DNA of 64,000 nt, taken from positions 20,122 through 84,121 of the forward strand of contig CBDESW010000039.1 of assembly GCA_965242675.1 (NCBI GenBank), in the 5' to 3' direction. The position numbers and the translations under genes were made by a program. This document shows positions 63,536 to 64,000 of the stretch, in pieces (the first letter of the stretch is position 1; every line of letters begins with the position of its first letter). Source of the stretch: Dehalococcoidia bacterium (GTDB lineage: Bacteria > Chloroflexota > Dehalococcoidia > Lucifugimonadales > UBA1123). The notes below the pieces were generated by a model. It had not been told where the DNA came from and did no database searches. It saw nothing but the letters and a program-made list of their open reading frames with translations.

Positions 63536-64000
63536 CTAAAACTCATTCCGCACGACCGCCGGCTTGCCCGTCCGCAGGGAATCCCAGCAGGATAGGCAGG
63601 TTGACACGACCTTCGCGCCTTCCCGCGCGCCCACCCACGGCGACGCGCCGTTCAGAACGCAGTCCGCCATGTGCCGAAGCATCACCATCATCTCGCCGCT
63701 ATGTCCGCGCTGGGATGGGAATTCGGCGGAGTAAGTCCGCTGGGGAAGCCAGTCATCCGCGTCCAGGCGAACGGCGCCGTCGCGGATTGTCCCCTTCGTT
63801 CCGTACACCGTGAGCGAATTCATCGGGACGCCCGGCGGATGGACTACGCCGAGAAAGTTGGCGACGCGCCCAATCGCGCCGCTGGCGAACTTGACGTTGA
63901 TTACGAAGGTGTCCTCTCGCGGATAGTCCGGCGAGACGCCGCTTTTCAGCCCGTAGCAGTGGACTTCGGCGATGTCGCCCATGAACCAGCGCAGAAGGTC
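63536..64000 (-). CDS. Gfo/Idh/MocA-family oxidoreductase, C-terminal part (N-terminus beyond the right window edge)
   Basis: ORF 63536..63982 continues in frame to 64000 (..DLLRWFMGDIAEVHCYG..). This is the typical C-terminal alpha/beta domain of the family. Confidence 0.6.
   Translation of the reverse strand, partial: DLLRWFMGDIAEVHCYGLKSGVSPDYPREDTFVINVKFASGAIGRVANFLGVVHPPGVPMNSLTVYGTKGTIRDGAVRLDADDWLPQRTYSAEFPSQRGHSGEMMVMLRHMADCVLNGASPWVGAREGAKVVSTCLSCWDSLRTGKPAVVRNEF

Overview
This is a visibly GC-rich bacterial chromosomal segment with one tRNA and no rRNA. All family assignments come from motif recognition by eye, not from searches.

Backbone genes:
- Aminoacyl-tRNA synthetase genes: thrS (partial), pheS/pheT, gltX, glyQS.
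- yqeY-purQ-purL, trpB, and an orphan groEL.
- An ABC ATPase / ABC-2-GldG / DUF4340 cluster.
- An LLM-class flavin oxidoreductase, DUF1800, NHL, CotH, an enolase-superfamily enzyme and other metabolic genes.
- The gene mix is reminiscent of marine Chloroflexota-like genomes, but that is only an impression.

Intergenic repeats: a modular palindromic repeat family saturates the intergenic space at >=13 loci. One locus is a 7-copy ~106-bp tandem array upstream of glyQS.

Accessory content:
- An IS1-family element with perfect 21-bp inverted repeats and an 8-bp target duplication.
- A lower-GC island (24.4-28.1 kb) with HicAB, retropepsin-like paralogs, a duplicated small cassette gene and a DEDDh exonuclease.
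- Three tandem small-peptide genes with a conserved leader and divergent C-termini.
- A tRNA-Leu-adjacent module of a Dam-like protein, VapC and a PD-(D/E)XK-like protein.
- Two DUF429 genes wedged between pheS and pheT.
- Four tandem PaREP1-like genes inside a housekeeping operon.
- A G14 tract splitting a membrane glycosyltransferase.

Most interesting is a compact, atypical type III CRISPR-Cas locus at 52.8-60.2 kb:
- Gene order is a Csb2-like RAMP, a 509-aa Cas10 without an HD domain, Csm2 with an RGG-rich extension, a single Csm3, Csm4, and a CARF-HEPN effector.
- These are followed by a leader and an 18-repeat array.
- There is no csm5, cas6, cas1 or cas2 in the window.

Caveat: at least eight single-base frame breaks interrupt otherwise conserved genes. 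Either the assembly has indel errors or the genome is decaying.
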